From Hemiscyllium ocellatum (taxonomy: Eukaryota), in contig NC_083409.1 in the NCBI RefSeq assembly GCF_020745735.1, positions 6,933,534 to 6,997,533 of the forward strand: DNA of 64,000 nucleotides. Reading direction: 5' to 3'. Positions 1-12,686 of this stretch are shown here, piece by piece (position 1 is the stretch's first letter; every line of letters begins with the position of its first letter). A program made the position numbers and the translations under genes. Below the pieces are notes generated by a model. It saw only the letters and a list, made by a program, of their open reading frames with translations, did not search any database and was not told where the DNA came from.

Positions 1-240
1 CAGAGGGAGGTTGGGAGTTTTTGTTCAAGAAGAAGACACAGAGGTCGAGGCGGCGGAAGAAGAGCTCCACGTCATGGTGGGTGCGGGTTTCGTTGAGATG
101 GGGTCGGGCCGGAATGTCTGTGAGCCCTTCCTGAGGATGGACATTTTGGCGTCAGAGAGTTCGAGGTCGGGGCGGGAGAATAGTAAAAATGGGTCAAGGC
201 TCGAGGGTGAGGTTTTTGGGGAGGGCCCAAGGTGTCTGTA
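1..240 (-). mobile_element. Penelope-like element, N-terminal coding remnant
   Basis: Minus-strand frames give DLELSDAKMSILRKG and ELFFRR-like text, matching the LSEDERSVLSRGLTFIP...EQFFR segment of the Penelope copy at 37.7-38.3 kb. Confidence 0.5.
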
Positions 241-589
241 GGAGGAGAGGGGGGAAGGGTGATGGCATGTGGTGGGTGAGGGTTGATTGTGATGTAGCAC
301 GGGGAAATGGGTGTGGGAGAGAAAAGAGATTGGGGCGGAGGTGAGTTGTGGAGTGAGGTGTGGGAGTGGGAAGGTGGGGATGAGGTGAAGAGGGAGAAGT
401 GGATGGATAGGATGCTCTGTGGGGGTGTATGGGTGAGGAGGGAGAGCGAGTGTGTTGGCTGGCTGCAGGTAAGCAGTTGGACTCAGGGTGACTCTGGGAA
501 ATGTAGTCGGAGTCTTGGTTGCAGAGTGGGTAGGGCCAGAGGTGAATGCAAAAGCTGGAGCAAAGTCAAGGCCAGTCCGAATGTTTTGA

Positions 590-885
590 CGCAGGTTCGA
601 TTCCAGCCTCAGGCAACTGTCTGTGTGGATTTTCAAATTCTCCCCATGTCTGTGTAGGTTTCCTCTGGGTGCTCTGGTTTCCTCCCACAATCTAAACACG
701 TGCAGGTTAGGTGAATTGGCTATGCTAAATTGCCCATAGTGGGCAGGGATGGGTAGTTTAGATTCATTCGTCAGGAGAAAAGTAGAGTAATGGGATAGGG
801 GATTGGGTCTTGGGTGGATTACTCTTCCAAGGGTCAGTGTGGACTTGTTGGGCCAAATAACCTGTTTCATCGCAGTAGAGATTCT
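590..885 (+). mobile_element. tRNA-derived shark SINE (HE1-type)
   Basis: B-box-like GGTTCGATTCC at 594-604, followed by the body GGGTGCTCTGGTTTCCTCCCACA...GCTAAATTGCCC that recurs at 21.5-21.8, 41.4-41.7 and 59.8-60.1 kb. Confidence 0.75.
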
Positions 886-1149
886 ATGACAATCCATTCC
901 AGATTCCCACCATCTGTTGAGTGAAAAAGTTCTTCACCAAATCTCATTTGCGGTGTTCATAATGAAACCTTTCAAACCATTCATTTTGTCGAATGCCATT
1001 GAGCCCTTGAGATCTTTGTTCAACAAATGTTTTATTCTTTTATATATAATATGAGTTCCCTGACTGGGACAGTTAACCTTCTCCAATCAGGGAATCCTGG
1101 CTGACAGATGAAAAGGAGACTGTCAAATGGCAGTGCTCAGTCCTGACGT

Positions 1150-2205
1150 GGTGCACCAGTTGGAGGATCCTCAGGTGTGCGGTGGGATCCCGTCCACGCT
1201 CACCCCAGCCCGGACGGAATTTCACATTGTCCCAAGGTCCTGTACTTCTCGCGGGAGCCTGTGCCCCACAACATGAGCCGCCTCTGGAATTTTAATTTTG
1301 TCCATTTTAAGGATGTAAAAAGGCGGGCCCTGTATAGACTGCTGCTGCACACCGTCCACCTCTTCTCCCTCATCCAACGTCCGGACATGCCTTGACGTGC
1401 ACATTTGACACCGGGCGGGTGGGATCCCCAGTGGAGGGCCCTCTATGCAGGAGTCCTCCCCCTTTCTCTCGGGGAACTGGGGTGGAGGGTGTTGCGCACA
1501 TCTGTCCCCTGCAACCGCAGATTGCGATGGTTCACGGACCCCCAGCCCAACTGCTTGTTCTGTGGTGCTGTGGAGTCTGTGGACCATGTATATATTGGGG
1601 GTGGGCGTTTGCAATCCCTTTTTGATTTTCTTAAAAACCTCCTCCTCTGCTTTTGCTTGGACTTCAGTCCCACGTTCCTGATCTTCGGACACCCGGTATA
1701 GAGGAGGGAGGGCAGGTCTGAAGACCTCCTCGTGGGTCTGCTCCTGGGCCTGGCCAAACTGGCCATAAACAGGTCCAGCAGCGGGCCGTGGAGGGGGTCG
1801 TTAGGGTCGACTGCCTGCCCCTCTTCCGCAGATAGGTTAGAGCCCGGGTGTCCTTGGAGAAGGAGTATGCGGTCTCCACCAACACCTTGGAGTTGTTCAG
1901 GAAAAGGGGGGCGCTGCAGGGAATGGAGTGTATTATCTCCCCCTCCAACTCTATTTTGATTTAATCCCTGCCCTCCCCTTCACTGTTTGATCACACAGCA
2001 TTGCCCTTTGATGCGAAGGGCACTGCTTATCACAGGCCACTCAGGTGTTTCCTTTCTTCCTGGTGGCAGAAACTGAATAAAGATTCTTACACCTTGTGTC
2101 TCTCACTGTGTCTCACACCTCCACAAACACAACATGGGTGCTGGGGAAAAAATAAGCACTACCGCAGTTAGGTGGGAATGTGGGGGTAATAGAAAAAAAT
2201 AAGCA
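1150..2205 (+). mobile_element. Tx1/L1-clade LINE 3' fragment (ORF2 C-terminal zinc-binding region)
   Basis: The ORF 1405-1701 frame contains CLFCGAVESVDHVY (CxxC..E..H motif) and continues LLLGLAKLAI; an A-rich tail lies near 2190-2200. Confidence 0.75.
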
Positions 2206-4042
2206 GGAGTGTCAGAGGTTCTAAAAAAAGAAAAGGGGACTGTCAGAAGTACTGATACTCTGGGATCTGACTCTGAATCATAACATGAGAATCAGACCCC
2301 TTCTTCTGTCACCCTCAATCTCCCCATGCTTACTCTTGATGCCCCTTCGATCCAGCTTGTACTGCCTTTGGGAGAGGCTGACCTTCCGTCCCTAACTCAC
2401 CCAAGAACATGGTCATCATCCTAAAGGAGCACAGTCACGTTTTTAACCTGAGGGGCATCACAGCTGGGACAGGAGGAGAGAACTTGGCACCTTCATGGTG
2501 GTCACACCTGCCATTAATCCACAGCAACCTCGCTTGAGGCTGCAAGAATTCAACCTCAGACAGCGCCCCTCCCTGGAAGGTAATATTGCTGCTCCTAATT
2601 TCGGGTTAATTGACAACTGAAATACAACTATGGTGAACCACCATTGGCTGGGCAGGCAGCCACTACTGCTCTGAACCTGTATCCAGAAAATCTCCTTGTA
2701 ATTGGGCAACACATTAGGGAGCACAGTGCCCACTGCCTCTGAAATCCCTTCCTTACCGAGAATACACTCTCAGCTTCCATCTGAATTTACTATAAACTCT
2801 GCGTCCCGTGATACTGCCCCTCCAGCTACCCGATGAAGGAACAGCGCACCGAGTACTAATACTTCCAAATAAACTTGTTTGACTCAAACCTGGTATTGTG
2901 TGCTTTTTAACTTTGACCATCTGAATGAACTGCCTCTCAGACTGAATCAACTGAGCTGCTTTTCATTCATGATTTGAGATGATTTAAATCTCATCTTCAA
3001 ATCCCAGCACAAAGCCCATTCTCAATCAATCGCTCGGAGACACAGACCTCAGAGAGACACCTACAGGCAGCACAGAGTAATGCACGCACACTGGGAGTGA
3101 CACCTACAGGTTGCACTTAGTAACACATACACGGAGAGAGACACCTGCAGGCAGCATCGAGTTAAACACACTGTGAGAGACACAGCCGACAATGTCTGTG
3201 AATGACTGAGGATTGTTTCAGGGGCTACCCAACATGCCGCAGAGATTGCACAGTGCAATCCCATCAGCTGGGCCTGGAGGGAATGCGTCGGATTGTACTT
3301 ATTGAGTCCTAACAGTTTCTGTTCTTTTTGGAATCGTGTAACCTGCATAAATTCTTGACCAAAGGGATCATGTGAAAACGATTAATGATTGTAATTGATT
3401 GGCAGGCCAACCAGCCAATCTTGACAATGACCTGCTGTAATGCAGCCAATCAACTGTGGGGTGGGGAAGGTAATCTATTTCCAAAGCACGCAGAGACAGA
3501 GACTGAATCTTCATATTTATTCACTTTTCCACATTCACATTGACAGAAAAATACCTGCAAATAACAGCCCAGACAGAGGAAGCTGCTCAAATTCACAGCC
3601 AAAATGGAGCTTAAGGAAAACACTTGTGGAGGTTTGCTCAATAACATGAGACTCTTGTCCCTTTAAACAGTGATAAAACCTTAAATTGGAACTTATACCT
3701 AAGAAGGAAGATGATCTGGTTTATTGAAGCAGAGACTTCTGAGGTTCACAATGTTTTGGACAGCCGACAGTCTTCAGCAACTTCAAGAGATTTTACTTGG
3801 CATACAGTCAACACTTCCCCATCAAACACTCCCCGGACAAGGACAGCATGAGCTTTGACATAGCGTGAAGTCTCTCGACACTGTCGCAGTGACCTACTTC
3901 AACATCCAAACCTCAGACGTATCTCTGAGCAGGCCTGAGAAGGAAGAGAGTAGAAATTCAGTGCTAACAATGTCCTTTGTCCTGCCAGCTCAGCCCTGTT
4001 CTAAGTAAAGCTGTGTCTCCTCTGTGGACTATCTCCAACACT

Positions 4043-4366
4043 CTACACACATTCTGATCTCCCGATGCGCTTGCTGAGGGAGACGGTAGGGTCACATGGA
4101 TGAGGGCACAGGAGAAGTGAGCGTTGGACTCCCAGTTAGACCCAGAGAGGGTCAGCAGGCTGCTGACACTGCAGATGCTGTCCGAAGCTCACAGGTAGTT
4201 GCTGGTCTGAACGCCGTCCGAAATGACTGCACCATCCTTCTTCCACTGCACCTCCAGCTCATCGGGATAGAAGTGATGGGCAAGGCACACCAGGGTGGCA
4301 GTGCCCTTGACATTGCCCTGCTTCGGGGAGGTGGGCAGCAGTGGATGAGCTGAGAGTTATCGTGGC
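4043..4366 (-). pseudogene. IGKC: Ig light-chain kappa-type constant exon, pseudogene copy
   Basis: Roughly 85-90% identical to the C exon at 35087-35415 (TATLVCLAHHFYPDELEVQWKKDG...WESN..FSCA), with splice acceptor TTTCAG at 4367-4372. Lesions: net 4-nt deletion near the 5' end, CGA>TGA stop at 4189-4191, and a 1-nt deletion in a G run near 4080. Confidence 0.92.
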
Positions 4367-6334
4367 CTGAAAGACAAGAGAAACAATTTTAATCCCTGCC
4401 AAACAAATGGATTTTGACTCTCAGTATATTCACTGGCAATACAATCTTATTGAACATTTGCAGTCAATACAGAATAAATCCGATAAAAGAACAGGTATTG
4501 TTTAAATTGCTTCTTGGGATATGAGAGTCACTGTCAGGACCAGCATTTACTGTTCATTCCTAATTGCCCCTGAGAAGGTGATGGTTAAATAGAAAGGACA
4601 GTTTTAAACCATCGTTTAGGGAATGAATATGGGCAGCTGGTAGGGCTATCAATGGGGGGAGCATTTCAGTGACAGTGATCAGAACTCAGTGAGATTGAGT
4701 GTGCGGATGGAAATGGAGAACAATGGAGCAAGTGTAAAAGTTTTCTATTGTGAATGAACTATTTTACTAAACTGTGCGGTGATTCAGCAAAAGCGGACTG
4801 AATCCAAGTACATGATGGAAAAGCAGTGTCAGGGCAGTGGGAGGCCTCGAAGGATGAGACAGAGATTGTTCAGAATCTGTTCCCATAATGAGTAAGTGTA
4901 GGACTTCCAAATATAGACTCTCACGCAGGGATGTCAAAAGGCAGCAGAGTAGGGAAGACCAAACAGGAAGGTGATGCTTGTTATCTGGAGATCAAACCTG
5001 CAGAAAGCTGAGAGGAGGATAAAAAAAGCAGGGGGGACATTGAACGGGATCTGAGGAAAGCGAAGAGCTGACAGAATGAAATATGTCCGACTGAATCAGG
5101 GAAATCCCAACGAACAAGAGGATTGTGGGTCATGTACTGTAATGGATTGGGAACTGGTTGGCAGACAGGACAGAAACAACAAGTCTTTTTCTGAATGGCA
5201 GGTAGTTACCAATTATCATACAACAGGGGTCAGTCCTTGGTACCCAGTTATTCATAATATGCAATCATTGAATCATAGAGACCCAAAAGGCCCATCAGCC
5301 CATTGTGTCCATACTAGTCAAAAAATAACAACTCAATTATTCTCATCCATTCTTCCAGCATGAGGGAATTAGATGTGGTATGTGTCCAGAAGGAATTAGA
5401 TATTGTTCTTAGGATGAAAGGGATCAAAGAATGTGGGGAGAAAGCAGGAACAGGGGATTGTGTTGGATGATGAGCCACGATGATATTGAATGTTGGAGCA
5501 TTCGAGGTGTGTAAAATGATGATGGCCCTGGACAGAGTGGGTAGGAAGGACTGATTTCCATCAGCTGAGAATCAATAGCCATGGGGAGAGATTGAAATGA
5601 ATTATGGCAGGGTTTGAGGGGAGTTGAGGAGTAACTGTTTCCACCCAGAGGCTGGTGAGATCTGGGACTCACTGACTGAAAGGGGGGGAGAGGCCAAAAC
5701 CATCATCACATTGAAAAAGCACTTGGATATTCACGTGAAACAGTGAAACCTCCAGAGCTGTGGAGCAAAAGCTGGAAAGTGGGATGGAGATCGATACATA
5801 TTTAACAAACCTGCTCTCACTCATAGATCTGGAGAACTTTATCCGAGAACATTGGAGCAGACTTGGATCCACACACTTCATTGGGGGTCCATGTGGAAGG
5901 TTCCAGATTACTTTTAAAACCTTGCTCCACACCAATGGGCTGAGGTCAAGGGTGAGGCTACAAAGAGTCTCACTGCCCAAGGGACAGCCAAGGTCACTTC
6001 TCCTAATGACTCAATGACCCCTGGAAGGTGAGAGTGCACGGACAATGGGTGAGGGTCAGGATCAGGAAGCTCCAACCTTAAAGAAAGACTTGAATTTGTG
6101 TAGCAACTGTTCCCAACTCAGGATGCCCCAATGGCTCTTTCCAGCAGACTGTCCACTGTAAGATCCCAAACACATTATGATAATTAGCAGGAAATAGATT
6201 TTTATTGATTTTGATTGGGATATAAATATTGACCAGGCCACTGGGGGAACTGCCTGCTCTTCCTCCAATGGTGTCATGGAATGGCATCTTTCACAACTGA
6301 AGAATTCCCAGTTCATCCAAAGAAAAATTCTAGT

Positions 6335-7010
6335 TCCTTCAACGTGGAGTTGAAGGTCGATAGTGTGGTGAAGATGTTGTTCGGTATGCTTTCCTTTATT
6401 AGGGCAGTGCATTAAGTATTGGAGTTGGGAGCTGTTGCGGCTGTACAGGACATTCGTTAGGGCACTTTTGGAATACTGAGTGCAATTCTGGTCTCCCTGC
6501 TACAGGAATAATGTTGTGAATCTTAAAAGGCTTCAGAAAAGATTTACAACGATGTTAACAGGGTTGGAGGGTTTGAGCCATCTGGAGAGGCTGAATAGGC
6601 TGATGCTATTTTCCCTGCAACTTTGGAGGCTGAGGGCCCACAATATAGTGTTTCATAAAATCATGAGGGGCATAGATAGGATGAATAGAGAAGATCTTTT
6701 CTCCAGAGTGGGGCAGTTGAAAACTAGAAGGCATAGGTTGAAGGTGACAGTGGAAAGATTTAAAACGGACCTAAGGGCCAACCTTTCCATTTAGAAGGTG
6801 ATACATGGATGGAATGAGCTGCCAGAGGAAGTGGTTTAGGCTGGTTAAATTACAGCATTTAAACGGCATCTGGATGGGTATATGAATAGGAAGAGTTCAG
6901 AGGGATATGGGCTAAATGCTGGCAAAGGGGACTAGATTAATTTAGGATATCTGGTCAGCATTGATGAGTTGGATTGAAGGATTGGTTTCCGTGCTGTACA
7001 AAGCTCTGAC
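6335..7010 (+). mobile_element. CR1-like LINE 3' fragment
   Basis: ORF 6480-6794 QFWSPCYR...LKRLQKRFTTML...RLRA..IVFHKIMRGIDR is the typical CR1 ORF2 C-terminus; not seen at the matching position of the duplicated intron (~37.2 kb). Confidence 0.85.
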
Positions 7011-10000
7011 TCTAAATGAAGTTCAATTGAACCCTTAACACCTCAGGCTCTCCCAAAGACATTAATAGACAGTTTTGTTTGAAAACCAGTCACTGTTACA
7101 ATGTCAGGAAAGTGGCAGCCAGTTTCTACTCAGCAAGATCCCATGAAAAGCAATGAGATCAAAGACCACTGTTAATGATCCTGGTCCGAAGATAAATATT
7201 GTCCTGAACTCGACCAAAGAACCAATAATTGGGTTCAGTTGGATGGAAAATGAGGAAATGGAGTGGAAATGAACAGGTAGGTTGTTGGTTAGTGATGGGA
7301 TTGATTGTTACCAGAAAATAAAAGGAAGGGGCAGAATGTTTGAATATCAAAGAACCATAAAAGTGCAGGAAAAATCAATAATAGAACAAACCTAAGGAGT
7401 TTTTATCTAAATGTGTGAACCATTCCGAGTAAGGGAGACAACGTGATGCCACAAATTGAGGTAAATTGAGTTTCCAAGGGATTTAAAACAGTCAAAGTGG
7501 AGGACGGCTCAGGACAGTTATTCAGGTTTCTAGAAGATGTATTAGGACAGAGAGTATGGAAAGGATCAAGACCTGAACATCAAACACAAGAGATAAGAGG
7601 ACTATGATGAGAAGGAAGGCAGTCAATGCAGGACTGAGGGTATTGTACTTAAATGCACACATTATACACAATGAGCTTGTAGTCCAGATTGATACTGGCA
7701 GGTACGATGTTGTGGGTATCACAGAGACATTGCTGTAAGGGGATCCATGCTGGGAAATAAATACCCAAGGATACATGTCCTATCAAAAGGACAGGCAGGT
7801 AGGGAGAGGGGCAAGTGTTGCCTTGTTAGTAAGAAATGAAATTAAATCAATAGCAAGAAGTGATATCGAGTCAGAAGGTGTAGAATCTGGGTGAGTAGAG
7901 TTGAGGAACCGCAAGAAATAAAGAATCTGATGGAAGTTATGTCCGGGTCTCCAAGCAGTAATCACGATCATGATCAGGAGGGGACAATGGGGAACACAAT
8001 AATCTGATGCAAATTCCCCATCAACGCTCACCCATCCCTTAGGCACAGCAAGATCACAAGCAAAGAAATTCAAATCAATTGTTTGGGAACCAGAGCCACT
8101 GTGAACACTATATTGATGAATATGACCAGCAGGACCTTGTTCCTCAGAATAACAATTGCACAATAACAATTTGGGAATTAAATATTCCATAAATTAGACC
8201 TGGGTTTTCTTTACTCTTCAAATGAGATGGAATTGTCCTGTGTGTCCCTGGGGTCAGATTGAGAATGTTCAGTCCGGGGGAGTCTGGGAGTCATGGCTGG
8301 GGTGGACAGTCAATGATAAACTGGTTCCACTCTATGCTGTCATATTCTGTAACCACTGGGCAATCTCAGTGACAACCATCCAGGGCTCAGGGTGGATTCC
8401 AGAGCAGCTCATTGTCCTGACTGTTGTGTACCTCAGTCCACATTTGGCTCCAGCAATCTCACTCCATGGTTCTCGTATCAGTGGGTACCATGGAGCTGAA
8501 ATCTTATCCAAACAGAATCTCACACAGCGGTGAGGCTGCTGGTGGATCAGAAACCCCTTGGATTCATGTCCAGATTCGACTGTGGCTCTTTCATTCAAAC
8601 ACAGCATTAGCACACTGACACCACATTCAGAGGACAATCCTAAGATGGGGCAAATTTGTTTCTTGATTCCAATGTGAGGAAATGAGGGCTGGATGTGAAA
8701 TGTCTAGTCTGAAACTGATGGGGGTACTTTATAATGAAGAATAGAAACTCTTGTCAGAACAAAGTCAGGTGTTGATGGGAGTGAGAAGTATCTCAGTGAT
8801 CTGTCTCCAGAATTCACAGACTACACACATCCTTCTGTCAGACCTTGAATGCTGAGAAACAGCTCCTTGACATCTAATATTTCTCCAACTTTCCCAGAAA
8901 TGGTGAAATATTTTCTGTGTCGGTGATTCCCTGGGACAGGACATTTTAAAATGGGCTGTGGGAAGGGAACTGTTGACTCTCAATGACAAAGCCAATAGAA
9001 GGATATAGAGCTGGCACTGTGAAATGTTAAGGCACAGAGGATGACACCTGAAGCAATTCAATGTTGTCACTCTCTCCTTTGCAATTTCTAAACTGGTAAT
9101 AATTGGTTTTCCCTCACAATTTGCTCTCTTGTATTCGATCCACTTGCCTTTCTTGCTTTGCTTCTTTTGACTTGAGTCTGTGGATAGCTCCATCAAAACC
9201 CAATTTCCTCACACCCATCCCAGCCCCTGAAGAGATTAGTATTTAAACAAACTGCAAATGCTGGAATCCAAAGTTGACAAGCAGGAGGCTGGGAGAACAC
9301 AGCAAGCCAGGCAGCAACAGGAGATGGAGAATTCAACGTTTTGGCTGTAACCCTTCTTCAGGAATGGGGGGTGGGTTGGGGGGTGGGGGAATGATGGGGG
9401 AGTTGCAGATAAAGTGAGTGATGGGGGCAGGGTGGTGAGATGGGGATAGGTGAAGATAGGTAGAGGATACTACCTGATTGGTTGATGGGAGGAACGAATA
9501 CAAATTAATCTCTTCCATCGACTAATCATATCATACTCTTTACCATTCTCAACCTATCCCTACCTCAACACCCTGCTCTGCCCCATTCCCTTTTTTTCAC
9601 TTTTCCACTCTTTCCTCATCACACTGCCCACTGATTCCAGGGATCAATTGGGTAAAATTCCTGTGAACCACCTCCGATGCATTTATATTCTTCCTTCGAT
9701 AGGGAGACCAAAACTACCCTCAGTATTAGAGATGTGGTCACACCAATGTCCAGGAATATCTGAAACAACACAGTCTCACTTTCTGGTCCTTAAGCACGCC
9801 TACTCTCTCTTGTACCAGGCTTTTTACTGTCCATCTCTAATTGCCCTGGACCTGGTGGTGATGAGCTGCCTTCTTGAACCCCTGCAGTCCTTGTGCTGTT
9901 GGTAGATCCACAATGTCCTTAAGAAGGAAATTCCAGGTTTCTGACCCAGTGATGATGTAGGAACAGCTTCATATTTCCAAGTCAAACTGGTGAATGACTT

Positions 10001-12686
10001 GGAGAGGAACTTTCTGGGGTGATGGCCCCGTGTATCTGCTGCCCTTGTCCAAATATAAGTGATCATGGGTTTGGAAGCTGTTGACTCAGGATCTTTGGTG
10101 AATCTCTGCAGTGCATCTTGTAAATAGTACACAGAGCTGTTACTGAGCATCGGTGTGGGGGGAATCCATGTGTGTGAATGCGGTTCCAATCAAGCAGGTA
10201 AACTTGTTTTCAACAATATGTAAATAAAATAATATAAAACAGCATAAAATTAAATATAAATAAAAATTTGCTGCCTTTTAGATAAAATATCACTGAACCC
10301 AAAAAGTTAATCCTCCTCTTCCCACAGAGGCTGCACCTGTTCCCTTTCTCCAACATCGTGCTTCTATTTGAGATTTGCAGTATTTTGTTTTTGTATCTGT
10401 TTTAATGCTATTGCTTATAAGAGAAGCATTGGTCAGCACACTGGGGAGATTTTCCCTGAGATGGTTTCAAATCCCTTATATTCACATTGACCTGAGAGGG
10501 CAGTGGTTCAACCAATCATCCAGAAGATGGCATCTTTGCCTTTGCCAGCCTCAGGACAGTGCTCCAGTGTCTGGAGTGGGGCTTGAAACCTGCAGGTTCA
10601 GGTGAGGGTGTTATCACTGAGGCTGTCTATTCTTTTCTGGGATGTGGGAGTCACTGGCAAGACCAGCATTTGTTCCCCATCCCTACCTGCCCCGAAACTG
10701 AGTGGCTTGTTTAGCCTTTCAAATGGCAGGTAAGAGTCAGCCACATTGCTGGAGTCCTGGCAGAGTCAGACATCTACAACAGGTCTACAAGAACAAGGCC
10801 CTTTGGCCCAATGAGCCATAGCCAGTCAAACAACCACCTAACTATCCTAATTCCATGTTCCAGTACTTGGCCCGTAGCTGCACATCAAAATACTTCATGT
10901 TATGGGAGAGCTTCTGTCTCAACCACCCTTACAGGCAGTGAGTCCAAGACTGACACCACCCTCAGGGTGAAAATGTGTTTCCTTATGTTCCCTCTTAGCC
11001 TTTGGCCATTTATCTTTAATCTGTACCCCTCCGATCATTGATTATAATATAACCCCATGTCACCAAGTCTCCCTTTATTGACACGTGAACAGTCCTTGAC
11101 TGTAATGCCTCAGAGAGAGTCAGGCACCTAAGGCAGAGGGTCTCTGACACTCAGCCTGTTTATGTCAGTGAGGATTCTCCCTGTTATATCCTGGGAACGA
11201 TTTGAGCTTTTCTTGTGAAACCCAGTTGGGAATTTCAATGGCATTGAATCTCCCACACACTACCACCTCTCTTGATGATCACCCTTGTAAGGTTAATTCT
11301 TCCCATTTCCTTTTCCTGTATCAATTCATTCCATTTCAGTAAAGTCTGTAATATTTCCACGGAGATGTGCACTAGAAACCGCAATGGGGAAGCTTCCAGC
11401 CCTTCAATAGAATGAAGGCCAATGTTTGCAGCAAGCCTGGATTGTGCCCTTGTGTACCTTGTCTGAAGGATTCCATGTGATCTGTCAGTCTCCATCCCAG
11501 CCTGATAACCATCTCGGACATTAGAAGGAAATGCCCAGGGCGCAGGTTAACATGGTGCAAAAAGCCTTTCAGCTGAAGCTTCAGTGTTTGCGCTCAGTGT
11601 GCATTATCACTTGCTCATTGCTCACCTTTTACACGATAATGGAGAGAGAACTCTTGTTGATGCAGTTTTTTTTATGTATCAGGACATTGAAAGCTGTGAG
11701 CACAGAGCAGTCACATTCACGGACAACATGGTAACGTCCCACAGACAGTAAATGAATAATAAGACAAATCTGTTTTGGTGGCACTAGTTGAATTTTGAGC
11801 AGGCCCCCGAGGGAATCTCTTCAGGATGGGATCTTGTCGAGCCCCCTGAGGTGGGGATGGGGGTGGTCGGGGTGTGATGATGGTGGAGCCTCAAATGATG
11901 GTGCCAGAAACTGCAACTTTCAGCAGTGCACCACAGTCTCAGCCTGGATTTCTGAGGTGGCTTTCAATCCGATGACCATTTTGACGACGAGGCAGGAGCA
12001 TTGCCCATGGAGCCACAGTCTGTAACAATGTAAACTTTGTGGCTCTGAAAGCCTGAGCCTGCACCTCAGCTCGGGAGGATATCAGCTCATTCATCAAATC
12101 AGTTTCTGCCCCTCTGCAGGCTGACCAGGCTGCAAGTGCCTTTCCAATACTTCCAGGTTTTCCCATGTGCTACAGCTCACTCTCCTGAGGAATGGTCTAC
12201 TCGGAGTCGAAAAGTATGACGCTGGAAAAGCACAGCAGGTCAGCCAGTTGTGCTCAGGCCGAGGACATGATCTTGTCCCTCTGTCAGATCCTCTTTGAGA
12301 AACTCATGGCTCACCCCCGCCTTCTCCAGGACAGTTAGGGAAGGGCAACACCCACCCCATCCCAGGAGAAATCAAAACAAATTACCTATAATTCAAATGA
12401 ACAAAGTGGTGAGGCTTGAATTCATCTCTTTGAAAGACTGGAGCCTCGGTCAGAAACAGAGCCCTGACATGGGTGAACCTGGTTTATCAGACTGCAAAGT
12501 GGAGTGTCCTTCGGATTGAGACTGGGCTCAGCAAAAAATGAATTACACTCAAAAGATCTAACAACTGGCTATCAAAGCATGCCCCCAAACTGCATAGAAT
12601 AGCACTTGAGGCTTCGCGCTCCCGTCTCCATCTTTGCTTGTTGATCGTCCCTGGGAAATATCTGGGAAGCACCTGACAGGTCACTC

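Noticed and set aside
8765-9196. 143-aa minus-strand ORF as a host gene
   Set aside because: No recognisable domain or splice framework; ORFs of this length are common in the track. The region is kept only as an unexplained block.
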